DNA from: an uncultured Candidatus Saccharibacteria bacterium
GTDB taxonomy: Bacteria; Patescibacteriota; Minisyncoccia; Phycocordibacterales; UBA1006
Length of the DNA: 64,000 nt
Reading direction: 5' to 3'
NCBI GenBank assembly: GCA_964592365.1
Contig: CAZQDL010000001.1
Coordinates: forward strand, 13,198-77,197
Part shown: positions 51,969 through 61,979 of the stretch, piece by piece
Layout of the letters: each line of letters begins with the position of its first letter
Position numbering within the stretch: position 1 is the stretch's first letter
Position numbers and translations under genes: made by a program
The notes under the pieces: model-generated
Databases searched by the model: none
What the model was told of the DNA's origin: nothing
The model's input: the letters and a program-made list of their open reading frames with translations, nothing else

Positions 51969-52415
51969 TTATTCTTTAATCATTTTCAAACGTCTATCTA
52001 TTCCTTGTCCTTCTGAAACAGTACTCACTCCAGGTATTTGAGCAGTAAGGTGGTGAACGAGCATTCTTTTAAAAGAGCTTAATCTTCCAAATTCGTATGG
52101 TTTACCAAATTGTAAAACTCTTTTAGAGGCTATAGCTGTTATCTCCTTTATATATTCAATTTCTTTACATGTTTCTCCATTAATATCGATAAGATATTCT
52201 TCTTCAAGTGAAAGGGAATTGATAATATGTTTCACTATGTAGGAAAAGGCATCAAGGAATTCCTTCTTATTCTCTCCTTTGTATACTGATGATGGAATAG
52301 TGAAGGACACAACAGAGAAACCAAGTTCCTTTTCATGGATACACTCAACCATATTAATATTCAATCTAAAATATGAGAGAAATTTACTAAGTTCTTTTTC
52401 AAGGATACTGTTCAT
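51969..52415 (-). CDS. Jag/R3H-domain protein
   Basis: KRMLVH and VSEGQGIDRR R3H motif; downstream of yidC. Confidence 0.7.
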   Translation of the reverse strand: MNSILEKELSKFLSYFRLNINMVECIHEKELGFSVVSFTIPSSVYKGENKKEFLDAFSYIVKHIINSLSLEEEYLIDINGETCKEIEYIKEITAIASKRVLQFGKPYEFGRLSSFKRMLVHHLTAQIPGVSTVSEGQGIDRRLKMIKE

Positions 52416-52441
52416 ATCTCTAGTATACCAAAAGAAAAAAC

Positions 52442-53167
52442 CTATGCTTCGCTTAGGTTTTCTTTTGTTATTTTCTTCTGTAGATACTGTTCTTGAATAA
52501 TCATAAATACATTTGAAGTTATCCAATATAGTGCAACAGCTCCACCGATAACATAGGCAAATACGGTGATCATAACCGGCATGATGTATTTCATTGATTG
52601 CTGAACCATCATCATCATCTTTTCTTGCTCAGTTTGATTTTCCACACTGTCATCTTTCTTCATGGTAGAAGCAGTAGCAAGATAAATGTATTGAGTAAAT
52701 CCAGTAAGGAAGGCGAGAAGTATGCTTTTTTGTGATAAGTCTAAACCAAAACTAGTTTTTACAATGAGGTCTGGTTCCTGAACAAATGAGTAGAGTAGTG
52801 TAGGATCAATTTCAAGTCCTCCATCTTTGAATACCCAATATAATGCGAGGATAATAGGTAATTGAACAAGAATTAAGAAGAAACTTGAGAAGGGATTAAC
52901 TCCATGCTTCTTGTATAAAGCTAAGGTAGCCCTTGCTTGCTCCTGCTTATCCTTAATGAGCTTAATATCCTTAAGCATAGGTTGCAGTTGCTTTGTCTTT
53001 AATTGAGTCTTAATTGCCTTATATGAAAGCGGAGAGATAAGTAAACGTACAATAATGGTAAGTATTATAACAGCAAGAAACAATGAATTATTAGGGAGAG
53101 TATCTATAATAAAAAAGAGTGCATTGTACAGTGGTTTATAAAAAATAATATTCCAAAGAGTAACCAT
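52442..53167 (-). CDS. yidC: Membrane insertase YidC
   Basis: LYKKHGVNP, QLPIILALY, LYWITSN. Confidence 0.92.
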   Translation of the reverse strand: MVTLWNIIFYKPLYNALFFIIDTLPNNSLFLAVIILTIIVRLLISPLSYKAIKTQLKTKQLQPMLKDIKLIKDKQEQARATLALYKKHGVNPFSSFFLILVQLPIILALYWVFKDGGLEIDPTLLYSFVQEPDLIVKTSFGLDLSQKSILLAFLTGFTQYIYLATASTMKKDDSVENQTEQEKMMMMVQQSMKYIMPVMITVFAYVIGGAVALYWITSNVFMIIQEQYLQKKITKENLSEA

Positions 53168-53199
53168 ACAGAAGATTGTAGCAGATGAACTAAAACAAG

Positions 53200-53532
53200 C
53201 TAGTTTTTAATAGACAACAATAATATTGTTAATGAAGAAGAAAGTTCTTCAAAAGTAGCATGATCAATTGATTCTTTTAACGAGACAATAATACTTTTTC
53301 CTGGCAATAGCTGTGGATAGATATTTGCTATTATTTGGGCAATTTTTCTCTTATTTTTATTCCTTTGATAAGCTTTTTTATAAATCTTTTTTGGAATTAC
53401 AACTGCACATTTTGTTATTTCTTCTTTTAAATCAAATACTTGAATCTGAAAATATGTATTCGAAAAACGTTGCCCTTTTTTAAGAACCAGAAGATGTTCC
53501 TTACTATTTAATTTTTGTGATTTTTTTAGCAT
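53200..53532 (-). CDS. rnpA: RNase P protein component
   Basis: KKAYQRNKNKR motif; lies between rpmH and yidC. Confidence 0.85.
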   Translation of the reverse strand: MLKKSQKLNSKEHLLVLKKGQRFSNTYFQIQVFDLKEEITKCAVVIPKKIYKKAYQRNKNKRKIAQIIANIYPQLLPGKSIIVSLKESIDHATFEELSSSLTILLLSIKN

Positions 53533-53575
53533 AAGAATGGTTCTGGTAGATAAAAACCCTTAAAAATAAGGGTTT

Positions 53576-53725
53576 TTATGCAACGGTAAGACGCTTTCGT
53601 TCTTTTCGTCGACGAGTAAGGATTATTTTTCTACCTCCTGCAGTTTTCATTCGTGCAAGAAATCCATGTACCTTAAACATCTTTCTATTTTTTCTTTTTC
53701 TTAATGTTTGTGACTTAGCTGCCAT
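53576..53725 (-). CDS. rpmH: 50S ribosomal protein L34 (missed by the ORF track)
   Basis: MAAKSQTLRKRKNRKMFKVHGFLARMKTAGGRKIILTRRRKERKRLTVA. Confidence 0.92.
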   Translation of the reverse strand: MAAKSQTLRKRKNRKMFKVHGFLARMKTAGGRKIILTRRRKERKRLTVA

Positions 53726-53816
53726 GATAGTATTTATCTTAAGTAAATAAAGATAATGTTGATATTAATATACTTGTGAAAATAAGCAAGTCTTTATTTT
53801 TATTATTTTTTAATTC

Positions 53817-53847
53817 TTTTCCACAGAGTTATGCACCATTTGGATAA
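53817..53847. promoter_or_regulatory. DnaA boxes upstream of dnaA
   Basis: TTTTCCACA, TTATGCACC, TTTGGATAA. Confidence 0.65.
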
Positions 53848-53895
53848 CTTACTTTTTTCCTTTTTTAGTATTATATTAGTTGTAGTAAAAAACCT

Positions 53896-55251
53896 ATGGA
53901 ATATACACCAGAAAAAATTTGGGAGGGAGTTCTTGCTCAAGTAGAACTTGAGATATCAAAACCTAATTACAACACGTGGTTTAAAAACACTTTTGCTATT
54001 AACAAAGATGGTTCTACTTTTATCGTCGGTGTACCTAATGAATTTAATAAGGAATGGTTATATACAAAGTTTAATAAGATGATTATCACTACTCTTAGAA
54101 ATTTTGATCAAAACATTAGAAACGTTGAGTATGTTGTTCAGAAAGATAAGACTAAAATTGAAAAAGAAGTTCTTTCTCAAAGAGTTCATCAATCTGAGAT
54201 AGAATCACTTCCTCTTAAAAAAGCAGAGGTAAATAAAGAAAACAATTTAAATGAACGATATTCATTTAATTCCTTCGTGGTTGGGCCCTTTAATGAACTT
54301 GCATATTCTGCATCCCAAGCGATTATCAAAAAACCTGGGGTATATAATCCTTTATTTATTTATGGATCAACTGGATTAGGAAAGACTCACCTTATCCAAG
54401 CAACAGGTAACAAATTACAGGAAATGTTTCCAAACATTACCATCTTCTACACGAGTTCAGAAAAATTCTCTCAAGACTATGTTAATGCCTTAAAGAATAA
54501 CAAAATAAACCAATTCAAAAATAGATACAGAAATTATGATATTTTGATTATGGATGATATACAATTCTTTTCTGGAAAAGAAAAACTACAGGAAGAACTA
54601 TTTCACCTATTTAATATTCTGTATGACAGAGGTAAACAAATTATTTTTTCATCAGATAAACATCCAAACTATATTATTGGATTGGAAGATAGGTTACGTT
54701 CCCGATTTTCAGCTGGAATGATTGTAGATGTGAATAAGCCTGATTACGAATCACGAGCTGCATTACTTAAAACCAAGTCTGCTGAAAAAGGTATTGAGAT
54801 GAGTGAGGAAGTAATTGATTTTCTTGCTACAAATATTGAAGGAAACGTAAGGGAATTGGAAGGTATTCTAAATACCGTAACCATTCAAACAGATATTAGA
54901 AACAGAAGGTTAACAATAGGGGAGGTTAAGTCCTTAATTAAAAATAATGTAAAACCAAAGAAACACCTTGCTGTTGAAGAAATTGTTAAGATTATTGCTG
55001 GATACTACAACATTGATCCACAACTAATTATTGAAAAAACAAGAAAGAAAGAAGTTGTATATATTAGACAAGTAACTATGTATCTTCTTCGAGAATATTT
55101 TAATCTTTCATATCCAGGAATTGGAAAAGAAATAGGAGGTAGAGACCACACAACGGTAATGCACTCTTGTGAAAAGATTAAAGAGAAGAAAGAAAATGAT
55201 CCAAATTTAGTTCAAGAACTAGAACAATTAGAAGCAATTCTAAATGTATAA
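53896..55251 (+). CDS. dnaA: Chromosomal replication initiator
   Basis: YNPLFIYGSTGLGKTHL, DDIQF, RLRSRF, GGRDHTTVMH. Confidence 0.98.
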   Translation: MEYTPEKIWEGVLAQVELEISKPNYNTWFKNTFAINKDGSTFIVGVPNEFNKEWLYTKFNKMIITTLRNFDQNIRNVEYVVQKDKTKIEKEVLSQRVHQSEIESLPLKKAEVNKENNLNERYSFNSFVVGPFNELAYSASQAIIKKPGVYNPLFIYGSTGLGKTHLIQATGNKLQEMFPNITIFYTSSEKFSQDYVNALKNNKINQFKNRYRNYDILIMDDIQFFSGKEKLQEELFHLFNILYDRGKQIIFSSDKHPNYIIGLEDRLRSRFSAGMIVDVNKPDYESRAALLKTKSAEKGIEMSEEVIDFLATNIEGNVRELEGILNTVTIQTDIRNRRLTIGEVKSLIKNNVKPKKHLAVEEIVKIIAGYYNIDPQLIIEKTRKKEVVYIRQVTMYLLREYFNLSYPGIGKEIGGRDHTTVMHSCEKIKEKKENDPNLVQELEQLEAILNV

Positions 55252-55477
55252 GTATGTGAATTTCGTGTTAATTAACTGAAGTACCTTCTGTGGAAAATAA
55301 CTGGGGAAATAATTGATTGAGGATAACTCATATTTAGTCACAGAAATACACACAGTGAAAAAATTATAAAATAGACATAAAAGCTTTATAAAATAATATT
55401 TTTTACACTATCAACACTTTCCACACCCCTAATAATAACTATAATTAATTTATATATAACTAACTACTTTTAATACT
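55252..55477. other. oriC: oriC (dnaA-dnaN intergenic unwinding region)
   Basis: TGTGGAAAA box; tandem boxes CTATCAACA-CTTTCCACA (55408-55425), CCCC, TAA trio-like run, AT-rich tract. Confidence 0.8.
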
Positions 55478-56578
55478 ATGAATGTACAATCAACTATTGA
55501 AAAAATTTCACATGCAGTAAGTAAGGTTCAAAAAATATCTGCAAAGAATGTGAGTCTCCCTATTTTGGAAAATGTCCTTCTTATCGCGGATGGAAATAAT
55601 CTGATAATGAGAGCTACTAATTTGCATGTTGGAGTGGAAGTAAGTGTTCCTGTGAAAGTTAAAAAAGAGGGTGCGGTTGCGGTAAATCTTTCTATCTTTG
55701 CAAATATCATTTCTAGTATTAAAAATGAAACAAATATTGAATTGATGTTAGAGGATCAAACCCTATCGATTATCACTGACTATTCACAAATGGAGTTAAA
55801 AACTTTTTCTTATGAAGATTTTCCAACCCTACCTCATCCTAAAGAAGAATTATTTTTTAATATAAACATCGAAGATTTTATTAATGGAATTCGATCAGTG
55901 ATGTACAGTGCTTCACAGTCTGATATCAAACCAGAAATATCTTCAGTATATATTTATAACCAAGAAGGAAATCTAACCTTCGTTTCAACTGATTCATTTC
56001 GATTAGCAGAGAAAAAAATAGAAGTGAAAGGTTTAGAAGATTTTCCTGGAGTAATTGTTCCAATTAGAAATATTCAAGAATGTGTGAAGGTATTTTCAGG
56101 TGATAACAAGGAAGTTAAATTAATTATTGAAAAAAACCAGTTAACAATTATTTCTTCAGATACTTACTTCACATCACGAATTGTTGATGGAAACTATCCT
56201 GATTATCAACAAATTATTCCTCAATCATTTCAAACAGAAGCTATTCTTTTGAAAGAAGACCTTATCCAAACCCTCAAATTAGTTAATGTATTTTCAAATA
56301 CTTTTAACCAAGTTTCTTTAAATACTATTGCAAAAGAAGGAAAGTTAAGTATTTCTTCAAGAAACACAGATATTGGGGAGAACAAATCAAAAATCGATGC
56401 TGCTATTTCTGGTTCTGATGTTGAAACCTTTGTAAATCATAGATATATATCAGATATATTTAGTTCAATTTCTTCAGACAGCATTAGTTTTTCATTTTTA
56501 GAGAAGAATAAACCTTTCGTGGTAAGAGGTGTTGGTGATACTAGTTTCCTTTACTTAATAATGCCAATGAATAGATAA
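55478..56578 (+). CDS. dnaN: DNA polymerase III beta clamp
   Basis: LPILENVL, STDSFRL, GNYPDY, YLIMPM. Confidence 0.96.
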   Translation: MNVQSTIEKISHAVSKVQKISAKNVSLPILENVLLIADGNNLIMRATNLHVGVEVSVPVKVKKEGAVAVNLSIFANIISSIKNETNIELMLEDQTLSIITDYSQMELKTFSYEDFPTLPHPKEELFFNINIEDFINGIRSVMYSASQSDIKPEISSVYIYNQEGNLTFVSTDSFRLAEKKIEVKGLEDFPGVIVPIRNIQECVKVFSGDNKEVKLIIEKNQLTIISSDTYFTSRIVDGNYPDYQQIIPQSFQTEAILLKEDLIQTLKLVNVFSNTFNQVSLNTIAKEGKLSISSRNTDIGENKSKIDAAISGSDVETFVNHRYISDIFSSISSDSISFSFLEKNKPFVVRGVGDTSFLYLIMPMNR

Positions 56579-56613
56579 AACACCGTTAGGTGTTTTTTGT
56601 ATATACTGTAATT

Positions 56614-56856
56614 ATGGTTATTTCACTAAAAGATATCATTGAAAAAAAATCATTTAATTCCAAAGAAGAAGAAATTATTATTTCTATTTTTAAGGAACTG
56701 TCTGATGATTTTAATAAAAGTAATTTTGAATTTAACAAAGGTATTTTAACTTTTAAAAATATTGGATCTTCTATGAAAATGGCTATTATAATGAAAAAGA
56801 GTATTTTCCTAAAAAAGATGAAAGAGAAGGGTTTGTATATACGTGATATTATATAA
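56614..56856 (+). CDS. Possible DciA (DUF721)-like small protein
   Basis: FNKGILTF...SSMK..I.MKK..FLKKM....IRDI pattern; directly after dnaN. Confidence 0.45.
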   Translation: MVISLKDIIEKKSFNSKEEEIIISIFKELSDDFNKSNFEFNKGILTFKNIGSSMKMAIIMKKSIFLKKMKEKGLYIRDII

Positions 56857-56858
56857 TC

Positions 56859-57335
56859 ATGATAGTTCTTGGTATTGATCCTGGGTATGATCGCTTAGGT
56901 ATAGCGGTAATTGAAAAAACAGATTCTGAAAACATTCTTTATTCAGAATGTTTTCAAACAATGTCTTCACAAGAATTAAATATTCGATTTCTTGCCGTTG
57001 GAAAAAGAATCAGAGAGGTTATCGAACAATATCATCCTGATATTGTTGCGGTTGAAGATATTTATTTTAGTAAAAACACAAAAACAGCAATGGCTGTTGC
57101 TCATGTTCGAGGTATCATCATTTTTCAAGCATTAGATAAGTCTATTAGAGTAACTGAACATACTCCTAATCAAATAAAAGTGGCTACAACAGGATATGGA
57201 TCTGCTTCTAAGTCAGAAGTTCACACTATGGTTAAAAGATTAATTAATCTAGAGAACAGGAAATATATTGATGATGAAATTGATGCTATTGCCATTGCTA
57301 TTACTTCTCTTGCAACATACAAAACAAAACAATAA
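56859..57335 (+). CDS. ruvC: Holliday junction resolvase
   Basis: LGIDPG, VEDIYF, TGYGSASK, DDEIDAIAIA. Confidence 0.95.
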   Translation: MIVLGIDPGYDRLGIAVIEKTDSENILYSECFQTMSSQELNIRFLAVGKRIREVIEQYHPDIVAVEDIYFSKNTKTAMAVAHVRGIIIFQALDKSIRVTEHTPNQIKVATTGYGSASKSEVHTMVKRLINLENRKYIDDEIDAIAIAITSLATYKTKQ

Positions 57336-57368
57336 TGTACAAAGTTTTGCAGTATGTATAATGGAGAT

Positions 57369-60032
57369 ATGTCAGAACGAAAGTTAAATAGGTACGAGAA
57401 AGCTTTTCTTCGTACCCAAGAAAGAATGCGAAGTAACGCAAAGAAAAAAATGACTTCAGTTAAAGTCAAAGAAAAAAAAGATAGTAAAAACATCCTTGAT
57501 TATCTCATTAGTATTTTTGATACAAAACCAAAAAGAAAAAAAGAAAAAAAGAAAGCAGGGATTGTTAAAAACTTTTTCTTTGTTTTAGCTATTTTGATAA
57601 TGATAGGCCTTTCTGCTGTTAGTCTTTGGTTCATCTCACTTGAAATACCAGATGTAAGTAATTTTAGCCAACGAAAAATTTCAAACTCTACAAAAATATA
57701 TGACAGAACAGGAGAAATTCTTCTGTATGATATTCATGAAAATATACAAAGAACTGTTGTTGATTTAGATGAAATCAACAAGTATGCAGTAGATGCAATT
57801 GTTGCGATTGAAGATCATACCTTCTATGAACATAATGGAGTAGTTATTAAATCAACCGCAAGAGCAGTACTACAAACAATACTATCAAGACTTGGTTTAA
57901 GTAATGAAGGAACCTCAGGAGGATCAACCCTTACCCAACAGGTAGTAAAAAATACTCTTCTTGATTCAAGAAGACAAGTTTCTCGAAAGGTAAAAGAATG
58001 GATTCTTGCATATAAGATTGAACAGAGATTAACAAAAGATGAAATTCTTGAAATCTATTTAAATGAAGCTCCGTACGGAGGAACTCTATATGGAATTGAA
58101 AAAGCTTCAAATATGTTTTTTGGAATTCCAGCATCTGATTTAACTCTTGGACAATCAGCATACCTTGCAGCTATTCCAAATCTACCAACCTTCTATTCAC
58201 CATATGGACCGAATAAGGATAAGCTAGATATACGACAAAGAATCGTTCTTCAGGAAATGAAACGACATGGTTTCATTACTGATCAAGAATATAGAGATGC
58301 TCTTGAAGAAAAAGTAGAATTCCTTCTTGAGGAAGAAACTAACTTTAAGGCACTGCATTTTGTACAATACGTACGATCATACCTTGAAGAAAAATATGGC
58401 AAAGACATTGTGGAAAATGGTGGTCTCAAGGTTGTAACTACGTTAGATTATAAATTACAGCAAAAAGCTGAACAGATAATTAAGGAACACATAGAAGAGG
58501 TAGAAAGCCTCCACAATGCCTCTAATGCAGCTTTGGTGGCACTTGATGCTAATACTGGTCAAATACTTACCATGGTAGGTTCCCGAGACTATTTTGACGA
58601 AGATATCGATGGTAACTTCAATGTTACTTTGGCTAATAGACAACCAGGATCTTCATTTAAACCAATTGCCTATGCAAATGCATTTGAAAAGGGATATCTT
58701 CCACAAACTATACTTTTTGATACACCTACTCAGTTTAATGCGGGTTGTGATGCAACAAGATTAAATAGTGAAAATAACTGTTATAGCCCAAGAAATTATG
58801 ATGGTGAATTTAAGGGTCCATTAAGCATGAAAAATGCTTTAGCTCAATCAAGAAACATCCCGGCAGTGAAAGCTCTCTATTTAGGAGGATTAGAAGACAC
58901 TATGAAATTAGCTCGAAACCTTGGTATTACTTCACTTAATCGTAAACCAAGTTTCTATGGTTTGAGTTTGGTATTGGGAGGTGGAGAAGTTTCACTTCTT
59001 GAAATGACAGGTGCTTATTCTGTTTTTGCAAATGATGGAGTATTTAACAAACCAACAGGAATACTCTTAATTGAAGACTCAGAGGGTGAAATATTAGAAG
59101 AATTTGAAGCAATCGACGTGCAAGCAATTGAAACAAATACTGCACGAATGATAGCTGATATTCTTTCTGATAATCAGGCAAGAACTCCTTTGTTTGGATC
59201 AAATTCTTTTCTCTATTTTGGAGGTAAGGACGTTGCAGGAAAAACAGGAACAACTAATGATAATAGAGATGCTTGGCTTATCGGATTTACTCCAGATGTA
59301 GCTCTCGGAGTTTGGACAGGAAATAATGATAATACACCAATGACGAGAGGTTCTGCTATTACCGGAAAACCATGGAGAGCCTTTATGGATGAAATCATTA
59401 AGGAATATGACACGGGAAGAGAATTTAGTTCATATTCACTCCCAGAAGATATTGATAGCTATCCAGCTATGGTTAGAGGAGAATGGGAAAGACCAGGTAC
59501 TTTAACCGAACAGTCACTAGATGAGAACGGAAATCAAATTAATGTTGAAACTACAGATTCACGATTCGGCCCTCATACTATTCTTCATTTCATTAACAAA
59601 GAAAATCCACGAGTTCTTGATCAACAAAGAAGTGATCCACAATATAGCAACTGGGAAGCTTCAGTAAGAAACTATGTTGCACAAAATTTTTCTGGTCAAT
59701 TAAATGAACAAATCACTCCACAAAATCCAGAAGAAAATGAACCATCATTCACTCTTTCTGTGCGTGGTATAGAAAATCAAGAAGTATTCTTATCAAATGA
59801 TGAGATAAGTCTTAGGGTTAGAGCAAGAGATATCGAAGAAGAAGATATCGAAAAAGTTGATTTTTATGTAAACGGAGTATTGTTAGGAACAGATAGTGAA
59901 ACCACTTTTGAAATGATGCTAGATTTACAAAGTATTGATAATATTAATACTCAAAATAGCTTGCAAATAGTTGCCTATTCAACAGATGGAATTTCAGAAT
60001 CAGAAACATTTACTTTCTTTGTACAAGAATAA
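57369..60032 (+). CDS. Class A penicillin-binding protein with C-terminal Ig-like domain
   Basis: EDHTFYEH, GGSTLTQQ, RKVKE; SSFK, SRN, KTGT. Confidence 0.92.
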   Translation: MSERKLNRYEKAFLRTQERMRSNAKKKMTSVKVKEKKDSKNILDYLISIFDTKPKRKKEKKKAGIVKNFFFVLAILIMIGLSAVSLWFISLEIPDVSNFSQRKISNSTKIYDRTGEILLYDIHENIQRTVVDLDEINKYAVDAIVAIEDHTFYEHNGVVIKSTARAVLQTILSRLGLSNEGTSGGSTLTQQVVKNTLLDSRRQVSRKVKEWILAYKIEQRLTKDEILEIYLNEAPYGGTLYGIEKASNMFFGIPASDLTLGQSAYLAAIPNLPTFYSPYGPNKDKLDIRQRIVLQEMKRHGFITDQEYRDALEEKVEFLLEEETNFKALHFVQYVRSYLEEKYGKDIVENGGLKVVTTLDYKLQQKAEQIIKEHIEEVESLHNASNAALVALDANTGQILTMVGSRDYFDEDIDGNFNVTLANRQPGSSFKPIAYANAFEKGYLPQTILFDTPTQFNAGCDATRLNSENNCYSPRNYDGEFKGPLSMKNALAQSRNIPAVKALYLGGLEDTMKLARNLGITSLNRKPSFYGLSLVLGGGEVSLLEMTGAYSVFANDGVFNKPTGILLIEDSEGEILEEFEAIDVQAIETNTARMIADILSDNQARTPLFGSNSFLYFGGKDVAGKTGTTNDNRDAWLIGFTPDVALGVWTGNNDNTPMTRGSAITGKPWRAFMDEIIKEYDTGREFSSYSLPEDIDSYPAMVRGEWERPGTLTEQSLDENGNQINVETTDSRFGPHTILHFINKENPRVLDQQRSDPQYSNWEASVRNYVAQNFSGQLNEQITPQNPEENEPSFTLSVRGIENQEVFLSNDEISLRVRARDIEEEDIEKVDFYVNGVLLGTDSETTFEMMLDLQSIDNINTQNSLQIVAYSTDGISESETFTFFVQE

Positions 60033-60057
60033 AAAACACCCTAAGGTGTTTTTTATA

Positions 60058-60585
60058 TTAAGCAGCATTGTGATACACATCTTGAACATCATCTTGATCT
60101 TCAATGATTTCTAGAAGTTTCTCTAATTTTTCCTCATCATCCTCTGAAAGTTCAATAGTACTTTGAGATTCCCATTCTTGTTCACTGTTTCTTTTGAAAT
60201 TCCAAGATACCGAACCAGGAGCTCCTAGTGAAGCATTATTTTTAGAAAGGATATGTTTAATTTCAGCACTTGTTCTATTACTATTATCAGTAAGTCCAGT
60301 GATGATTAAACCAACACCACCAGGTCCATATGCTTCATACATTACCTCATGCGAATCACCAGCATCAGAAGCCTTTTTGATAGCTCTCTCAATATTATCC
60401 TTCGGCATATTTGCCTTCAATGCTTTAGTAATTGCACTTGCTAATCCAGGGGCAAGCACGTCACCTTGTGATTTTTTAGCCTCTACTTGAATAAGTCGTA
60501 CCAATTTACTAAATATTTTTGACTTTACCGCATCAGTTGCTGCTTTTTTGTGTTTAATTTTTGACCATTTGTTGTGTCCTGACAT
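60058..60585 (-). CDS. yebC: YebC/PmpR family protein (short form)
   Basis: MSGHNKWSKIKHKK, YEAYGPGG, DDVQDVYHN. Confidence 0.92.
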   Translation of the reverse strand: MSGHNKWSKIKHKKAATDAVKSKIFSKLVRLIQVEAKKSQGDVLAPGLASAITKALKANMPKDNIERAIKKASDAGDSHEVMYEAYGPGGVGLIITGLTDNSNRTSAEIKHILSKNNASLGAPGSVSWNFKRNSEQEWESQSTIELSEDDEEKLEKLLEIIEDQDDVQDVYHNAA

Positions 60586-60616
60586 AGCAAAAGTGTATAT
60601 CTGGTTTCATTTGTAA

Positions 60617-61594
60617 TCAAGTACTTACGTGATCACGAGCTTTCTGTGTAGCCACTCTTCCTCGTGAGGTAAGTTCAAGTAATCCTTTTTGAATAAGATA
60701 TGGTTCGATAACCGTTTCAATTGATGACTCTTCTTCGTGTGTTGCTGTTGCTATTGTTTTTAGTCCAACAGGCCCACCGTTAAATTTGTAGATGATAGTA
60801 GAAAGTACCTCTCTATCAATGGCTCGTAAACCTAAGTCATCTACACCGATTAAAGCAAGAGCATCTAAAACAGTTTCCTTGGTAATACTCATTTCGTGTA
60901 CATCAGCAAAATCTCTACATCTCTTTAAAAAGTAATTTGCTGTTCTTGGCGTGTATCTACTTCTTTTTGCTATTTCTTCTAAAGCATCTTCAGATATCTC
61001 AATTGATAGCTTGTGTGCTGATTGTTTTAAAATCTTTGCTATTTCAGTATTGGTATAAAATTCTAATTTAAACACACCTCCTGAAAATCGAGATCGTAAG
61101 GGTGATGACATCATGGCAATCTTTGTAGTTGCACCAAGAAGGGTAAAGGAAGGTAGGTCTAATTGAATAGTTCTTGCAGAAGGACCTTTTCCAATGATTA
61201 TATCCAATACCCCTGATTCCATAGCAGGATAAAGAACTTCTTCAATATTTTTGTTAAGTCGATGAATCTCATCGATAAAAAGAATATCTCCTTCACTTAA
61301 GTTGGTAAGAATACTTGCAAGATCACCAACTTTTTCAATCGCTGGTCCCGATGTTATTTTAATGTTCCTTCCAGTTTCTTTTGCAATAAGGTGAGAAAGC
61401 GTTGTTTTTCCTAATCCGGGAGGTCCATAAAAAAGAAGGTGTTCAGGTTGCTGATTTCTTTTTTTTGCAGCAGTTAGTAGAATATGAAGATTATCTTTAA
61501 TACTTTGTTGTCCAATGTATTCATCCCAGGTAGTTGGTCTAAGCTGTGGATCTACTATTCCAAGAATACTGATATCTTTTGGTGACTCATTCAT
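60617..61594 (-). CDS. ruvB: Holliday junction branch-migration ATPase
   Basis: LRP, GPPGLGKTT, FIDEIHRL, LYPAME, PLRSRF, EPYL. Confidence 0.97.
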   Translation of the reverse strand: MNESPKDISILGIVDPQLRPTTWDEYIGQQSIKDNLHILLTAAKKRNQQPEHLLFYGPPGLGKTTLSHLIAKETGRNIKITSGPAIEKVGDLASILTNLSEGDILFIDEIHRLNKNIEEVLYPAMESGVLDIIIGKGPSARTIQLDLPSFTLLGATTKIAMMSSPLRSRFSGGVFKLEFYTNTEIAKILKQSAHKLSIEISEDALEEIAKRSRYTPRTANYFLKRCRDFADVHEMSITKETVLDALALIGVDDLGLRAIDREVLSTIIYKFNGGPVGLKTIATATHEEESSIETVIEPYLIQKGLLELTSRGRVATQKARDHVST

Positions 61595-61648
61595 ATACAT
61601 ATAGTATCATATACAGGCATAGTTATTGATATATACATGAAAGTTTAT

Positions 61649-61773
61649 TTATCAACATTTTATACACAGTCAAAGTAGTACTAATTTAAGAGTATTGTTA
61701 TACTCTACATTGTCACCGTGTTTGTTTAAAGTTTTCCACAAGCACTTGACAACTTTTCATATTATGTTAGTAT
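61649..61773 (+). promoter_or_regulatory. DnaA boxes plus sigma70 promoter of the ncRNA
   Basis: TTATCAACA 61649, TTATACACA 61660, TTTTCCACA 61732; TTGACA 61746, TG-T-TAGTAT 61765-61773. Confidence 0.65.
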
Positions 61774-61809
61774 ATCTTTACATAAGGTTATTAACCTTGT
61801 GTGAACCAA

Positions 61810-61974
61810 TTTCAGTTGAGTAATCTCTAAACAATCAGATCTCGCGAATTTGGTCAGGCGGATAAGACTCGTTGGTAGCCACCCTAGCAGTGGTCAACAC
61901 TGATGTCATCTTTGAAACCTGGTCATCCTTTATTTTTAAAGTTTTTCTGTTGTTTAGAGGTTATTCCACTGAAA
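61810..61974 (+). ncRNA. 6S-like long-hairpin RNA
   Basis: Closing stem TTTCAGT.GAGTAATCTCTAAACAA / TTGTTTAGAGGTTATTC.ACTGAAA with G-U pairs; central bubble; inner stems TGGTCAGG/CCTGGTCA and GCCAC/GTGGT; own promoter and terminator. Confidence 0.6.
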
Positions 61975-61979
61975 CAAAT

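Noticed and set aside
2180-57368. Longer N-termini given by the ORF track (pgk, tpiA, rsmA, rpsO, xth, ppa, jag, PBP and others)
   Set aside because: The extensions run through the -10 box and upstream terminator, while homology starts at the downstream Met
61746-61773. dif-like TTATGTTA half site
   Set aside because: No matching XerC arm, it coincides with a promoter, and it is near the origin rather than the terminus
61810-61974. SRP RNA, tmRNA or RNase P RNA identity for the ncRNA
   Set aside because: No SRP GGAA-loop helix motif, no tRNA-like ends or tag ORF, and too short with no RNase P conserved regions
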